Shown here: positions 40,981-50,315 of the stretch, in pieces | How the letters are laid out: each line of letters opens with the position of its first letter | Numbering within the stretch: position 1 is the stretch's first letter | Assembly (NCBI GenBank): GCA_963701085.1 | Contig: OY969561.1 | Coordinates: 704,001 to 768,000 of the forward strand | Direction: 5' to 3' | DNA: 64,000 nt | Source of the DNA: an uncultured bacterium | GTDB lineage: Bacteria > Babelota > Babeliae > Babelales > Vermiphilaceae | Notes under the pieces: model-generated | Seen by the model: only the letters and a program-made list of their open reading frames with translations | Told to the model about the DNA's origin: nothing | Database searches by the model: none | Position numbers and translations under genes: made by a program

Positions 40981-42132
40981 ATGACTAAAAAAATAAATAA
41001 TTCATTCATCGCCTTCCTGCTACTTGCTGCAACGTTTAACCTTCATAAAACACATGCCATGGAGCAGTCAATATCAGAAGAATCAACACAAAATGAGATA
41101 AATGATGCTTTCATAAAAGCCGCACAAAACAATGACTGTTCTACCATCAAAAAACTTCTCAGCTATGGGGCAGATATCAATACAACTAATTCAGAGGGAG
41201 TGACAGCATTAATGCTTGCTATCGGAAATAGATACACTGATGCAATCCAATGCCTTCTTAGCAACCCTGATATTGCCATAAACCAACAAGATAACACGGG
41301 AATGACTGCTCTCATGCTAGCAGCAGTAATAAATAATTGCCGTATCATCCGCATACTTCTCGCTCATGGAGCCGATATCAATAAAGCTAATTTCAAGGGA
41401 CAAACGGCATTAATACTCGCTGTCCTTCGTGGAAACACAAATGCGGTCAAACGTCTTCTGAGTAACCCTAATCTTGCCATAGACCAACAAGACAATAAAG
41501 GATATACAGCTCTCATGGTGTCACTTATCTTTTTTTCAAGAACTAAAAATAAATTAACTATAAGAAGACTTCTTAATGCTGGCGCAGATCCTGAAATTGC
41601 TGCACCTGAAATTGACAACAATGCTGCTCTCACACCACTAGAAGTAGCAGAAGGCACTGGTGATCAAGAAGTTATTGATCTTATTCAAAATGCGATAAAT
41701 GACAAACAAAATACTGCCCTTATAGAAGCAGCAAAAAACAACGACTGCCCTACCATCCAAAAATGTCTCAATAATGGAGCAAATATCAATATAGCCACTT
41801 CCAATGGATTCACGGCATTAATGATAGCTATCGACAGGGAACACACGGATGCAGTCCAATGCCTTGTGGGCAATCCTAATATTGCGATAGACCAACGAAA
41901 CAATGAAGAAGATAATGATACCGCTCTCATGCTAGCACTTTTGGGAAAAAACAAATTAATTATAAAACTACTTCTTGATGCTGGCGCAGATCCTGAGCTG
42001 GCTGATAGTAAACGCCGCACACCATTAAAAGTAGCTCAACAAATTGGTGATGCAGAAATTCTATCCTTAATAAACAAAGCAATACTAAAAAAACATGGTG
42101 TAGTGAACATTGTTACTAAGACACAAAAATAG
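40981..42132 (+). CDS. Exported ankyrin-repeat protein (array gene 2)
   Basis: Signal ..THA-ME; multiple G.TALM repeats. Confidence 0.9.
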   Translation: MTKKINNSFIAFLLLAATFNLHKTHAMEQSISEESTQNEINDAFIKAAQNNDCSTIKKLLSYGADINTTNSEGVTALMLAIGNRYTDAIQCLLSNPDIAINQQDNTGMTALMLAAVINNCRIIRILLAHGADINKANFKGQTALILAVLRGNTNAVKRLLSNPNLAIDQQDNKGYTALMVSLIFFSRTKNKLTIRRLLNAGADPEIAAPEIDNNAALTPLEVAEGTGDQEVIDLIQNAINDKQNTALIEAAKNNDCPTIQKCLNNGANINIATSNGFTALMIAIDREHTDAVQCLVGNPNIAIDQRNNEEDNDTALMLALLGKNKLIIKLLLDAGADPELADSKRRTPLKVAQQIGDAEILSLINKAILKKHGVVNIVTKTQK

Positions 42133-42153
42133 GTTTATCAAAATGGAGCTCTT

Positions 42154-43272
42154 ATGAAGATAATCAAAAAAACAGGTTCATTCATCGCTCTGCTGATGCT
42201 TGCTTCAACATTTAATAACTATAGCATGGAGCCGCAACAACAACCAGAATGGGCTACTGTTGTTGGCGATATCATTCTTGGCACTGCAAGTTTGACAATA
42301 CTATCGCAACCAAATGAACCCTTTGAATTCACTGCTCTACCACCGGAAATGCAAGATAAAATTATTCAGTTACTCAGCTTAAACACAACTGCCGAATCAC
42401 TTAAAGAGGCTGCAAAAACTATTAATTCTCTTGCTCAAGTGAATCATGAATTAAATCAACAGATAAACGATCCTAAATTTTGCCTCAGCATCATCAAACA
42501 TCTTGCACAAAAATTCAACTGCTCTGATCAGGAAGCAGCTAAGACATTACAGACACACGAGGCAAAACGGCGTCTTGTGTTGCAAAATCAACTCTATGTA
42601 CATTGCAGTACTCCATTCGGTATAACCGATCCCCTAAAAAATATCCCATCCCTTGATTCTTTATTAGAACAAGGCGTCGATTTAAATTTTACCTATGACA
42701 CGTTAACACCTAAACTTTTTTTTACTCCACTGATGCTTACAATCGCCAGCAGTAACCTAATGATTGGAGATCTTTGTTCAATTGGAAGAAATATCATCAA
42801 CTTAAATCAAAGAAATACTCTCAATGGTGATACAGCCCTTATACAAAGCGTTAAAAAAAGATCGCGTTTTAGTGTCCAGTGCCTTCTTGAAGAAGGTGCT
42901 GATCCTGAACTTGCCAATTTTGCTGGGCAAACACCACTAGAATTAGCCGCACAACGATATCACCTGACGCAGCACAGAAGCTATCAAAAAATTTTTAATC
43001 TTATTCAAAGGGCGATAGATATTTATTTTATTCAAAATGCGATAGATAACAAACATGTTAACCAAAGAAATAACAAAGGGCAAACTGCTTTATCATTAGC
43101 CGCAGCAATACCATCATCTCGCTTGGTAAAAACCATTCTTGATGCCGGTGCCGATCCCGAACTTGCTGATGATGAAGGCCTCACCCCACTTGCTGCTGCC
43201 CAACAAACTGACAACCAAGCAATTATTGATCTTATTCAAGATGCGATAGATAGAAAACATGGCTATAAATAA
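42154..43272 (+). CDS. Exported F-box-like/ankyrin protein (array gene 3)
   Basis: Signal ..NYS-ME; FTALPPEMQDKIIQLL; ankyrin repeats. Confidence 0.85.
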   Translation: MKIIKKTGSFIALLMLASTFNNYSMEPQQQPEWATVVGDIILGTASLTILSQPNEPFEFTALPPEMQDKIIQLLSLNTTAESLKEAAKTINSLAQVNHELNQQINDPKFCLSIIKHLAQKFNCSDQEAAKTLQTHEAKRRLVLQNQLYVHCSTPFGITDPLKNIPSLDSLLEQGVDLNFTYDTLTPKLFFTPLMLTIASSNLMIGDLCSIGRNIINLNQRNTLNGDTALIQSVKKRSRFSVQCLLEEGADPELANFAGQTPLELAAQRYHLTQHRSYQKIFNLIQRAIDIYFIQNAIDNKHVNQRNNKGQTALSLAAAIPSSRLVKTILDAGADPELADDEGLTPLAAAQQTDNQAIIDLIQDAIDRKHGYK

Positions 43273-43303
43273 CCCTACTACGCCAAGGCTACGAAGGGCG
43301 TAA
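43273..43303. repeat. Short REP-like element
   Basis: CCCTACTACGCCAAGGCTACGAAGGG, related to the reverse complement of 25515-25536. Confidence 0.5.
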
Positions 43304-43319
43304 ACGAAGGACCACGATC

Positions 43320-44447
43320 ATGACTAAAAAAATTAATTCACTCATCGCTCTACTGCTACTTGCTACGACGTTTAATAGCTACAGCATGGAGCCGCAGCGA
43401 CCACCGCAATGGACAGTCTTGACGTTAGTGATTGGAGATATCATTCTTGGCAAAAGACCACCAGAAATAGGGAAATTGCGGGAGTACGTTGTTTCGTTAC
43501 CTGCCATACCAGAATATATGCAAAAGTTAATCATTCAATTAATAACTTTATACGTCGATGCTCAATCACTTAAAGGAGCAACAGGAGCCATTAATTCTCT
43601 TGCTCAGGTAGATGATCAATTCAATCGATTAATTAATATCCCTGACTTTTGTTTATACCTTATCAAGCATCTTGCAAAAAAATTCAACCGCTCTGATCAG
43701 GAAGCAGCTGAAGCATTACAGACACACGAAGCAAAACGGCGTCTTGATTTGCAAAATCAACTCTATACATTGTGTGAAAATCCTCATAACTCCATATCTC
43801 TTGAAGATTTATATCATGCAGATTTGACATTCACCTATACCTCGTGGCCTCAAACATTATTAATGCAAGCAATCACCTTCGGCAGTATGGCGATAATACG
43901 CCAGCTTCTTAATGCCGGCGCTGATCCAGAAATCGCTAATAATGATGGGCTGACGCCATTACAAGCCGCTCAACAAACTGGTAACCAAGAAATTATTGAT
44001 CTTATTCAAAATGCGATAAATAAAAAACAAAATACTGCCCTTATAAAGGCAGCACAAAAGAACAACTGCCTTATGATCAAAGAACTTCTCTCTAATGGAG
44101 CAAACATCAATACAACTGATTCCGATGGAAACACAGCATTACTATGGGCTGTCGATCAAGAACATATAGATGCAGTCCAATGCCTTGTGGGCAATCCTAA
44201 TATTGCGATAGACCAACACAACAATGAAGAAGATACCGCTCTTATGCTAGCACTTGTTAAAAAAAACAAATTAATTATACAACTACTTCTTGATGCCGGC
44301 GCAGATCCTGAGCTGGGTGATAGTAGACGTCACACACCGTTAAAAATAGCTCAAAAAACTGAGGATGCAGAAATTATATCCTTAATAAGTAAAGCAATAC
44401 TAAAAAAGCATGGTGTAGTGAATATTTTTGCTAAAACACAAAAGTAG
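43320..44447 (+). CDS. Exported F-box-like/ankyrin protein (array gene 4, chimeric)
   Basis: N-terminal half resembles gene 3; C-terminal half resembles gene 2. Confidence 0.85.
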   Translation: MTKKINSLIALLLLATTFNSYSMEPQRPPQWTVLTLVIGDIILGKRPPEIGKLREYVVSLPAIPEYMQKLIIQLITLYVDAQSLKGATGAINSLAQVDDQFNRLINIPDFCLYLIKHLAKKFNRSDQEAAEALQTHEAKRRLDLQNQLYTLCENPHNSISLEDLYHADLTFTYTSWPQTLLMQAITFGSMAIIRQLLNAGADPEIANNDGLTPLQAAQQTGNQEIIDLIQNAINKKQNTALIKAAQKNNCLMIKELLSNGANINTTDSDGNTALLWAVDQEHIDAVQCLVGNPNIAIDQHNNEEDTALMLALVKKNKLIIQLLLDAGADPELGDSRRHTPLKIAQKTEDAEIISLISKAILKKHGVVNIFAKTQK

Positions 44448-44549
44448 ATTTATATCAAATGCGATAGATAAAAAACATCGGAAATAATAGCTTTTTTGGG
44501 TTGTTTACGGTATCTTTTTCAAAAAAAACACCATTTTTTAAGGAGCTTC

Positions 44550-45302
44550 ATGATAAAACAGATCAATCCCGTACGCACAAAATATTTCCTCAGTATGTCT
44601 CTCAGTTCATTACTCGTCCTGCAATGTTCTGCCGATCCTATCGCATACCAACCTCACAATTTTCCTATCGTTAAATGTTCACTACAACCAAGCACTTATG
44701 AACAAATTTTGCTGACACAATTGCGTAATAAAAATAGCTCACGCACACAGTTCCGTGATGCTGCTAATAAGTTGATAGAACTCCTTGTCAGCAAAGTATT
44801 TGATTGCCTGCAAACAAAATCAATAGAAATTGATACTCCTGTTGCTGCGTGCATGGGGATAGTATTACAAGATGAGATAGAACAAATTGTTTCTGTCATG
44901 CGCTCTGGCGATGTCCCTCTGAACATATTCAGCGCATACTTCCCTTCCGCGGCAATTAATAAAATTTTAATCCAACGTAATGAAGAAACCGCTGAACCAA
45001 TTTTTAAATATCAAAAATTTTCGCCAACAATTTCTCAAGCAAAAAAAGTTGTCATTACTGAACCAATGATTGCTACTGGCGGAACACTCAGCATGGTCAT
45101 TGATCTCCTTAAAGAACATGGTGTTAAAGAAGAAAACATTATCATTGCCGCAGTCTGTGCTGCACCTGAAGGGTTAACACGATTATCACAACAATATCCA
45201 GATATCAGTGTTGTGCTGACGGTTGTTGATGATCATCTCAATGAAAAACAATATATTTCACCAGGAATTGGCGATTTTGGCGACCGGTATTTTGGAACTT
45301 GA
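44550..45302 (+). CDS. upp: Uracil phosphoribosyltransferase with a signal-like N-terminal extension
   Basis: T.LR......FR, KILIQRNEETAEP, PMIATGG and PGIGDFGDRYFG; SD AAGGAG before 44550. Confidence 0.9.
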   Translation: MIKQINPVRTKYFLSMSLSSLLVLQCSADPIAYQPHNFPIVKCSLQPSTYEQILLTQLRNKNSSRTQFRDAANKLIELLVSKVFDCLQTKSIEIDTPVAACMGIVLQDEIEQIVSVMRSGDVPLNIFSAYFPSAAINKILIQRNEETAEPIFKYQKFSPTISQAKKVVITEPMIATGGTLSMVIDLLKEHGVKEENIIIAAVCAAPEGLTRLSQQYPDISVVLTVVDDHLNEKQYISPGIGDFGDRYFGT

Positions 45303-45412
45303 CCCTTCGATACATTTTTGCAAGCAAAAACACTCAGGGTGAGCGGAGTAGGACAGAATACATCTCTTCCCGCTCGTCCTGAGTGTTTTTGCTTGCAAAA
45401 ATGTATCGAAGG
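45303..45412. repeat. REP-like inverted repeat with expanded internal loop
   Basis: CCTTCGATACATTTTTGCAAGCAAAAACACTCAGGGTGAGCGG and its near-perfect reverse complement. Confidence 0.9.
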
Positions 45413-45429
45413 ATGGAACTTAAATCTTG

Positions 45430-46119
45430 CTACTTACCAAAATTTTTGCGGCAATTATCATAATAGGTAATTGCCGCTTCTAAATTTTGTACCGAAATAT
45501 CTGGCCATAAACAATCAAGAAAATAAAACTCACTATACGCGCATTGAAAAAGTAAAAAATTACTTAATCTTTGCTGGCCACCCGTACGAACAATAAGATC
45601 GGGTGATGGTATACCTGATGTCCACAAAAACTTTTCAAAAACATCCGTAGTAATATCAGCAGACTGCAAATTGCCCTGCGCAACTTCACAAGCAATCCGT
45701 TGTGCCGCATCTGCTATTTCTTGTCGTCCACCATAACAGAGCAGAAAATTAACCTGTAACGCATTGCCTGATGCAGTTTCACGCTCCATTGTTTCACATA
45801 CTGGTATAACACGTGCAGGAAACAATGTACGATCACCAATAAAGCGTATACAAATATTTTTACGTTTAAATGTTTCAAGATCTTGCAACGCTTCTTGTGC
45901 AAGCACTTCAAATAGATAACGCTGCTCATCTTGTGAACGTTGTAAATTTTCTATAGAAAATGCATACAAAGAAAGATAAGAAATCTGTTTTTCAAGGCAA
46001 AAATCAATCACTCGCTGTACCGCATTCAACCCTTTTTTGTGGCCAAACCAGGAAACTAAACCCTGTTGCAAAGCCCATCTTCGATTACCATCCATAATAC
46101 ATGCAAGATGTTTTACCAT
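45430..46119 (-). CDS. uppS: Undecaprenyl/isoprenyl diphosphate synthase
   Basis: IMDGNRRWA, YAFSIEN..R, YGGR.EI and PDL.VRTGG..RLSNFL motifs. Confidence 0.95.
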   Translation of the reverse strand: MVKHLACIMDGNRRWALQQGLVSWFGHKKGLNAVQRVIDFCLEKQISYLSLYAFSIENLQRSQDEQRYLFEVLAQEALQDLETFKRKNICIRFIGDRTLFPARVIPVCETMERETASGNALQVNFLLCYGGRQEIADAAQRIACEVAQGNLQSADITTDVFEKFLWTSGIPSPDLIVRTGGQQRLSNFLLFQCAYSEFYFLDCLWPDISVQNLEAAITYYDNCRKNFGK

Positions 46120-46151
46120 TGATGCTACCTACTCAATATGCAATCTAATTT

Positions 46152-46877
46152 TTATTGATGAACTACTGGCATAGCTGATTTTTTATCAACAATATTTAGT
46201 GCATCAATTGCACCAAAAATTAACGAAAGTATACGATGTGCAACAACCATACCAAGCGCAAATACTATTCTTTCACACAACACAATTGGCATAAGTCCTA
46301 TCCACATACCAGCAGTCATTGGCATTGTATATAACCAGATAACAGAACCAACAGCATGCGCTACAAAAGTACTACCAAGAGCTTGTAAAAATACAGTTCC
46401 TCCTTCACCAAAGCGGAGTTTATCCTGAGCTCCGTCGAAGGAGCGGACAGGCTTTTGTGGAATAAAATATAAAACAATGGGAATCAACCAGTAAAATGCA
46501 TACACAAATGCCTGAGCACCAACGGGATGAATAACAAAAAGCCCCATGCAGGCAATGGGCAGCAACAATCGAATTGCATAATGATTACTTGCCCAATACA
46601 ACGATGCACATAATCCGGGCACACAAAAAGCAAGAAAGCTCAAGGATATTGTTTTAAAAAAAATGATGTGCACTAATTGACGCAGAAAAAAAACAAGTCC
46701 ACTACCCATAACACCACCAAAAGCACCTGCCAATGGTAAAACACTGTTACTTGCAGAGAACCATATCATCTGAGAACCAACCAAAAAACTAACTTTTAAT
46801 AATCCTGAAATTTTTGCTATACCAGCATATGATGCTGCTTTAAGAGAATTTTTTATCATTTTCATATATCTACCCAT
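46152..46877 (-). CDS. Multi-pass membrane protein with an in-frame palindromic insertion
   Basis: Hydrophobic ORF with FVIHPVG and TFVAHAVG; PVRSFDGAQDKLRFGEGG insert. Start may be 46865/46859. Confidence 0.75.
   Translation of the reverse strand: MGRYMKMIKNSLKAASYAGIAKISGLLKVSFLVGSQMIWFSASNSVLPLAGAFGGVMGSGLVFFLRQLVHIIFFKTISLSFLAFCVPGLCASLYWASNHYAIRLLLPIACMGLFVIHPVGAQAFVYAFYWLIPIVLYFIPQKPVRSFDGAQDKLRFGEGGTVFLQALGSTFVAHAVGSVIWLYTMPMTAGMWIGLMPIVLCERIVFALGMVVAHRILSLIFGAIDALNIVDKKSAMPVVHQ
46399..46451. repeat. Intragenic composite REP-like element
   Basis: GTTTATCCTGAGCTCCGTCGAAGG embedded in CCTCCTTCACCAAAG...GCGGACAGG. Confidence 0.75.
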
Positions 46878-46939
46878 GTATATTTATACCAATCTCTACT
46901 CTCACTATACCAAATCCGTGAGCTAAAAAAAGAGCCCCT

Positions 46940-47620
46940 TTACTCTATCTCACACTCTCCCCGAACAAAACAAAAAGCTTTATACACATCATCAGTCACA
47001 CTAAACAACTTAACATGCTCAGACCTCACCAAGCCACGCGGAGCGGCTTCATCAGTAATCCATTGCATAAAAGGACGCCAATAATCCTTGCCAACCAACA
47101 CTATGGGAACTTTTTTCATCTGTTTTGTTTGAATTAAGGTAAGAACCTCAGAAAGCTCATCAAGCGTTCCAAAACCACCAGGGAAAACAACAAAACCACT
47201 TGAATACTGCGTAAGCAACCATTTACGTGCAAAAAAATAGTCCAATTCAAAATATTCTTCCACGCAAACATTTTGCGGCTCATTTAATCCCCGTACCCCA
47301 ATGCCAATACTTTTCACGTTACCTTTTCTGGTCGGTTTAATTGCGCCACAATTTGCCGCCTCCATAATACCAGGTCCCCCGCCAGTAAGTATTGATATCC
47401 CCTCTTCACCCAACCAAACCGCAAGCTGGTTTGCTTCTTGTGCGTATTTATCAGTCTGCGCAACTTTTGCACTCCCAAAAATAGAAATAATAGGATGAGC
47501 CAATTTTGAAACGCGCCACACACCGTAAATTATTTGAAAAAAAACACGGAAAAATTTCCATGCTAATGAACAACACATGCGAACTCTTTGCAATCTCATA
47601 ATTATTTTTCCTTTTTTCAT
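46940..47620 (-). CDS. LOG family Rossmann-fold protein (TIGR00730-like)
   Basis: TGGGPGIMEAAN, YFFARK and PGGFGTLDE motifs. Confidence 0.92.
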   Translation of the reverse strand: MKKGKIIMRLQRVRMCCSLAWKFFRVFFQIIYGVWRVSKLAHPIISIFGSAKVAQTDKYAQEANQLAVWLGEEGISILTGGGPGIMEAANCGAIKPTRKGNVKSIGIGVRGLNEPQNVCVEEYFELDYFFARKWLLTQYSSGFVVFPGGFGTLDELSEVLTLIQTKQMKKVPIVLVGKDYWRPFMQWITDEAAPRGLVRSEHVKLFSVTDDVYKAFCFVRGECEIE

Positions 47621-47758
47621 TATCCATTCAACTGGTTACATTCAAAAAAAAATTCTCTCTTTCTTGTGCAAGTATAATTTTCTATGTTACGTTTGCCAAC
47701 AGTAGACAATCCTACTATGCAATGAGATCATAGATCAATTACATAACAATGGAGCGTT

Positions 47759-48637
47759 ATGCACAATAAATTAATTTTTATGAGCCTTATCATCTGTGTT
47801 TCAACAATAAATGGAATGGAATTCAATGATTTTCAAGAATATGAATTTTTACCAGTAGAAATACAATATTTAATCATTTATTTTGCTACCAATCATCTTG
47901 CAGTCAAAAAACCAAAAGAAGCTACTCAAATAATCAGAAACCTTTCCGAAACAAGTAACAGTATCAACGCTATCATTAATACACCAAAATTTAATGTTAA
48001 CCTTATAAACAATCTTGCACATACATACAAATGTTCTCATCAATCTATTGCGCAATTTCTGAACACACAACAATCAAAAAAACAATTAGCTTTGCAACAT
48101 CAACTCAAACAATTATGTCGCATTGAACAAGATATTAACCTCCTAACAAAATTGAATGAATTAGTCTCCCAAGGCATAGATCTAGAATTTACCTACAATT
48201 ATTACCCTTGTCACAAAACACCTCTCATGATAGCTATGGACTATGACAACAATATGTTTGAATACCTCATTACGCATGGTGCAAATATCAACGGTTGTAA
48301 CCTCCATGGCGCCACTGTGTTACACCTTGCCGTCAGCAAACCAGTAAACAAATATTACATCGCACGACTTGCTACAAGCCCTGCCATTGCCATAAACCAA
48401 CAAAACTGCCGTGGTGAAAACGCTTTATTGCATTGTCTCACCAGAAAAAATTTACCCACTAATCGTCTCCTTACCGCCATAGTACGGACACTTCTTAAAG
48501 CAGGCATAGACCCTGAAAACAGCAACCGTAGACAAAAAGAGCTCAATCCCCTTACCGCTGCTCAAGATTTAGGTTACCAACCGATCATTAGTATTCTTGA
48601 AAAAGCCCTTGAAGAAAAGCATTCCTTAACTCAGTGA
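47759..48637 (+). CDS. Exported F-box-like/ankyrin protein
   Basis: Signal ..TING-ME; LPVEIQYLII; same architecture as array genes 1 and 3. Confidence 0.82.
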   Translation: MHNKLIFMSLIICVSTINGMEFNDFQEYEFLPVEIQYLIIYFATNHLAVKKPKEATQIIRNLSETSNSINAIINTPKFNVNLINNLAHTYKCSHQSIAQFLNTQQSKKQLALQHQLKQLCRIEQDINLLTKLNELVSQGIDLEFTYNYYPCHKTPLMIAMDYDNNMFEYLITHGANINGCNLHGATVLHLAVSKPVNKYYIARLATSPAIAINQQNCRGENALLHCLTRKNLPTNRLLTAIVRTLLKAGIDPENSNRRQKELNPLTAAQDLGYQPIISILEKALEEKHSLTQ

Positions 48638-48857
48638 ACCTTTAAAGATTCCCGACATCACCCCCCTAAAACAGGCATTAAAAGGCTTGTTAGCTTTTTT
48701 CTTTATAATCTATTTGAATTTTTTACAAAATTCATGATATACTATATTTGAGTAAAAGAAAAGGCAAAAAAATGATGGTTTTATAAAAAAAGCTCTAAGA
48801 TTAACCGTTTTTTTGTTATACTTAACTCCTTAAAGCACCTTTTTTATAGGATTATTA

Positions 48858-50303
48858 ATGACAAACAATAAGGGATGGGGAAAATTTCTGCTTTATCTCT
48901 ACTGCTCAGCAGCCCTCCTGGGCAACAGCTTTGCTATCAATGCTGCTCGAAGACGAAAAAAAACAAAAGATTTTTATGCTGCCTTGCATAATGATGCCAA
49001 TTTTGTTGATATAAATGCGTCAGAACCAGAGATATGGGTAACTATTTTTCTTCATGGCATTATGAGCATCCAGCCCCACTTAACCGTACAAAATGTAATG
49101 CGATTTGTTCGCGATGATGTTCATCATACTATCTACTCCAAAACTGTTGAATACATGCGTCTAGACCCCTATTTTTATCTTAACCAGGCAATGCAGGAGT
49201 TTGGCCTCAAAAAAGTTGATCTTAATGATCTACAACCAGGGTATGCAACCAATGCCATTGCACAAATCTATGATGATGTGACAAAGCTCGTCACCCCCCT
49301 GGCAAAAACTCATTATTATACTTTTGGCTGGTCAGGGCTCCTGAGCCCCACAAGCCGTTATGCCGATTCAGTTAAACTTTTCGAGCAACTCACCGCTGAA
49401 CTGCAAGAAAAATACTGGAAATACAACATTTTCCCTAAAATACGCCTTGTTGGCTACAGCCATGGAGGTAATGTATGCCTTAATCTTGCTGCAGCCCGCC
49501 AAAACACTAACCCTAAGTCTCCTATTTCCATCGATGAATTAATATTAGTTGGCGTTCCCATACAGACCGAAACTGATTATTTAGCAAACGACCCAATATT
49601 TAAAAAAATATATCATTTCTTCTCACAAAAAGACCGCATACAACGAATAGACTTTTTCTCATTTAATCGCGTATTCTCACGCCGTTACTTCAGAAACAGC
49701 AATAATTTTAAAGTCCCAAAAAAACTTATGCAAATCGATGTGAAGTTTATACGAAGCGCTCACACAAGGCACAATACCCCCGCACGCCAAGCCGCTTGTG
49801 GTAATTTTGACAACCCAGGCATTATCTCAGGCAAATCTTCCTTACTGCGTGATTGCTCACCTGGCCATCTTGAATTCTGGTTTTTTGGATGGTCGCCAAA
49901 GCATTACCGTGAAAGTTTTGTCTTTAATCCACTTCCTGCCTTCATTACCATTCCGTATGTTCTCTACTATATTAGACAAATACGGGATGAAATTATCACC
50001 CCGTATCCCGTTATTGTCGATATACGTCCAGAATTTGAAACAATGCTCATAAAACAAAGAAAATATAATAACGTCACCCATATTTTCCCATTTTTATCAC
50101 ATGAAGAAGTTAATAAACTTAACTCAATCGCAAACAAAGTTGCTGTTGATAGCTCCTTTGAAGATGAATATGAAGATCATGTGCAAGCAGCGTTTGAAAA
50201 AGCAAAAGAATATTACAAAATATATGATGATCGCAAATCACGAACTGGATCATATAAACGTAATCGCCGCATGCGTAAGCGTAATTTAACGGAAACAGAA
50301 TAA
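48858..50303 (+). CDS. Exported alpha/beta-hydrolase-like protein
   Basis: FLHG, FGWSG, GYSHGGN nucleophile elbow and D.IQ motifs. Confidence 0.7.
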   Translation: MTNNKGWGKFLLYLYCSAALLGNSFAINAARRRKKTKDFYAALHNDANFVDINASEPEIWVTIFLHGIMSIQPHLTVQNVMRFVRDDVHHTIYSKTVEYMRLDPYFYLNQAMQEFGLKKVDLNDLQPGYATNAIAQIYDDVTKLVTPLAKTHYYTFGWSGLLSPTSRYADSVKLFEQLTAELQEKYWKYNIFPKIRLVGYSHGGNVCLNLAAARQNTNPKSPISIDELILVGVPIQTETDYLANDPIFKKIYHFFSQKDRIQRIDFFSFNRVFSRRYFRNSNNFKVPKKLMQIDVKFIRSAHTRHNTPARQAACGNFDNPGIISGKSSLLRDCSPGHLEFWFFGWSPKHYRESFVFNPLPAFITIPYVLYYIRQIRDEIITPYPVIVDIRPEFETMLIKQRKYNNVTHIFPFLSHEEVNKLNSIANKVAVDSSFEDEYEDHVQAAFEKAKEYYKIYDDRKSRTGSYKRNRRMRKRNLTETE

Positions 50304-50315
50304 TAAAAGAACTTA

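Noticed and set aside
45303-45412. CRISPR repeat, attC site or IS ends
   Set aside because: Inverted rather than regularly spaced direct repeats; no cas, integrase or transposase; fits the REP-like family.
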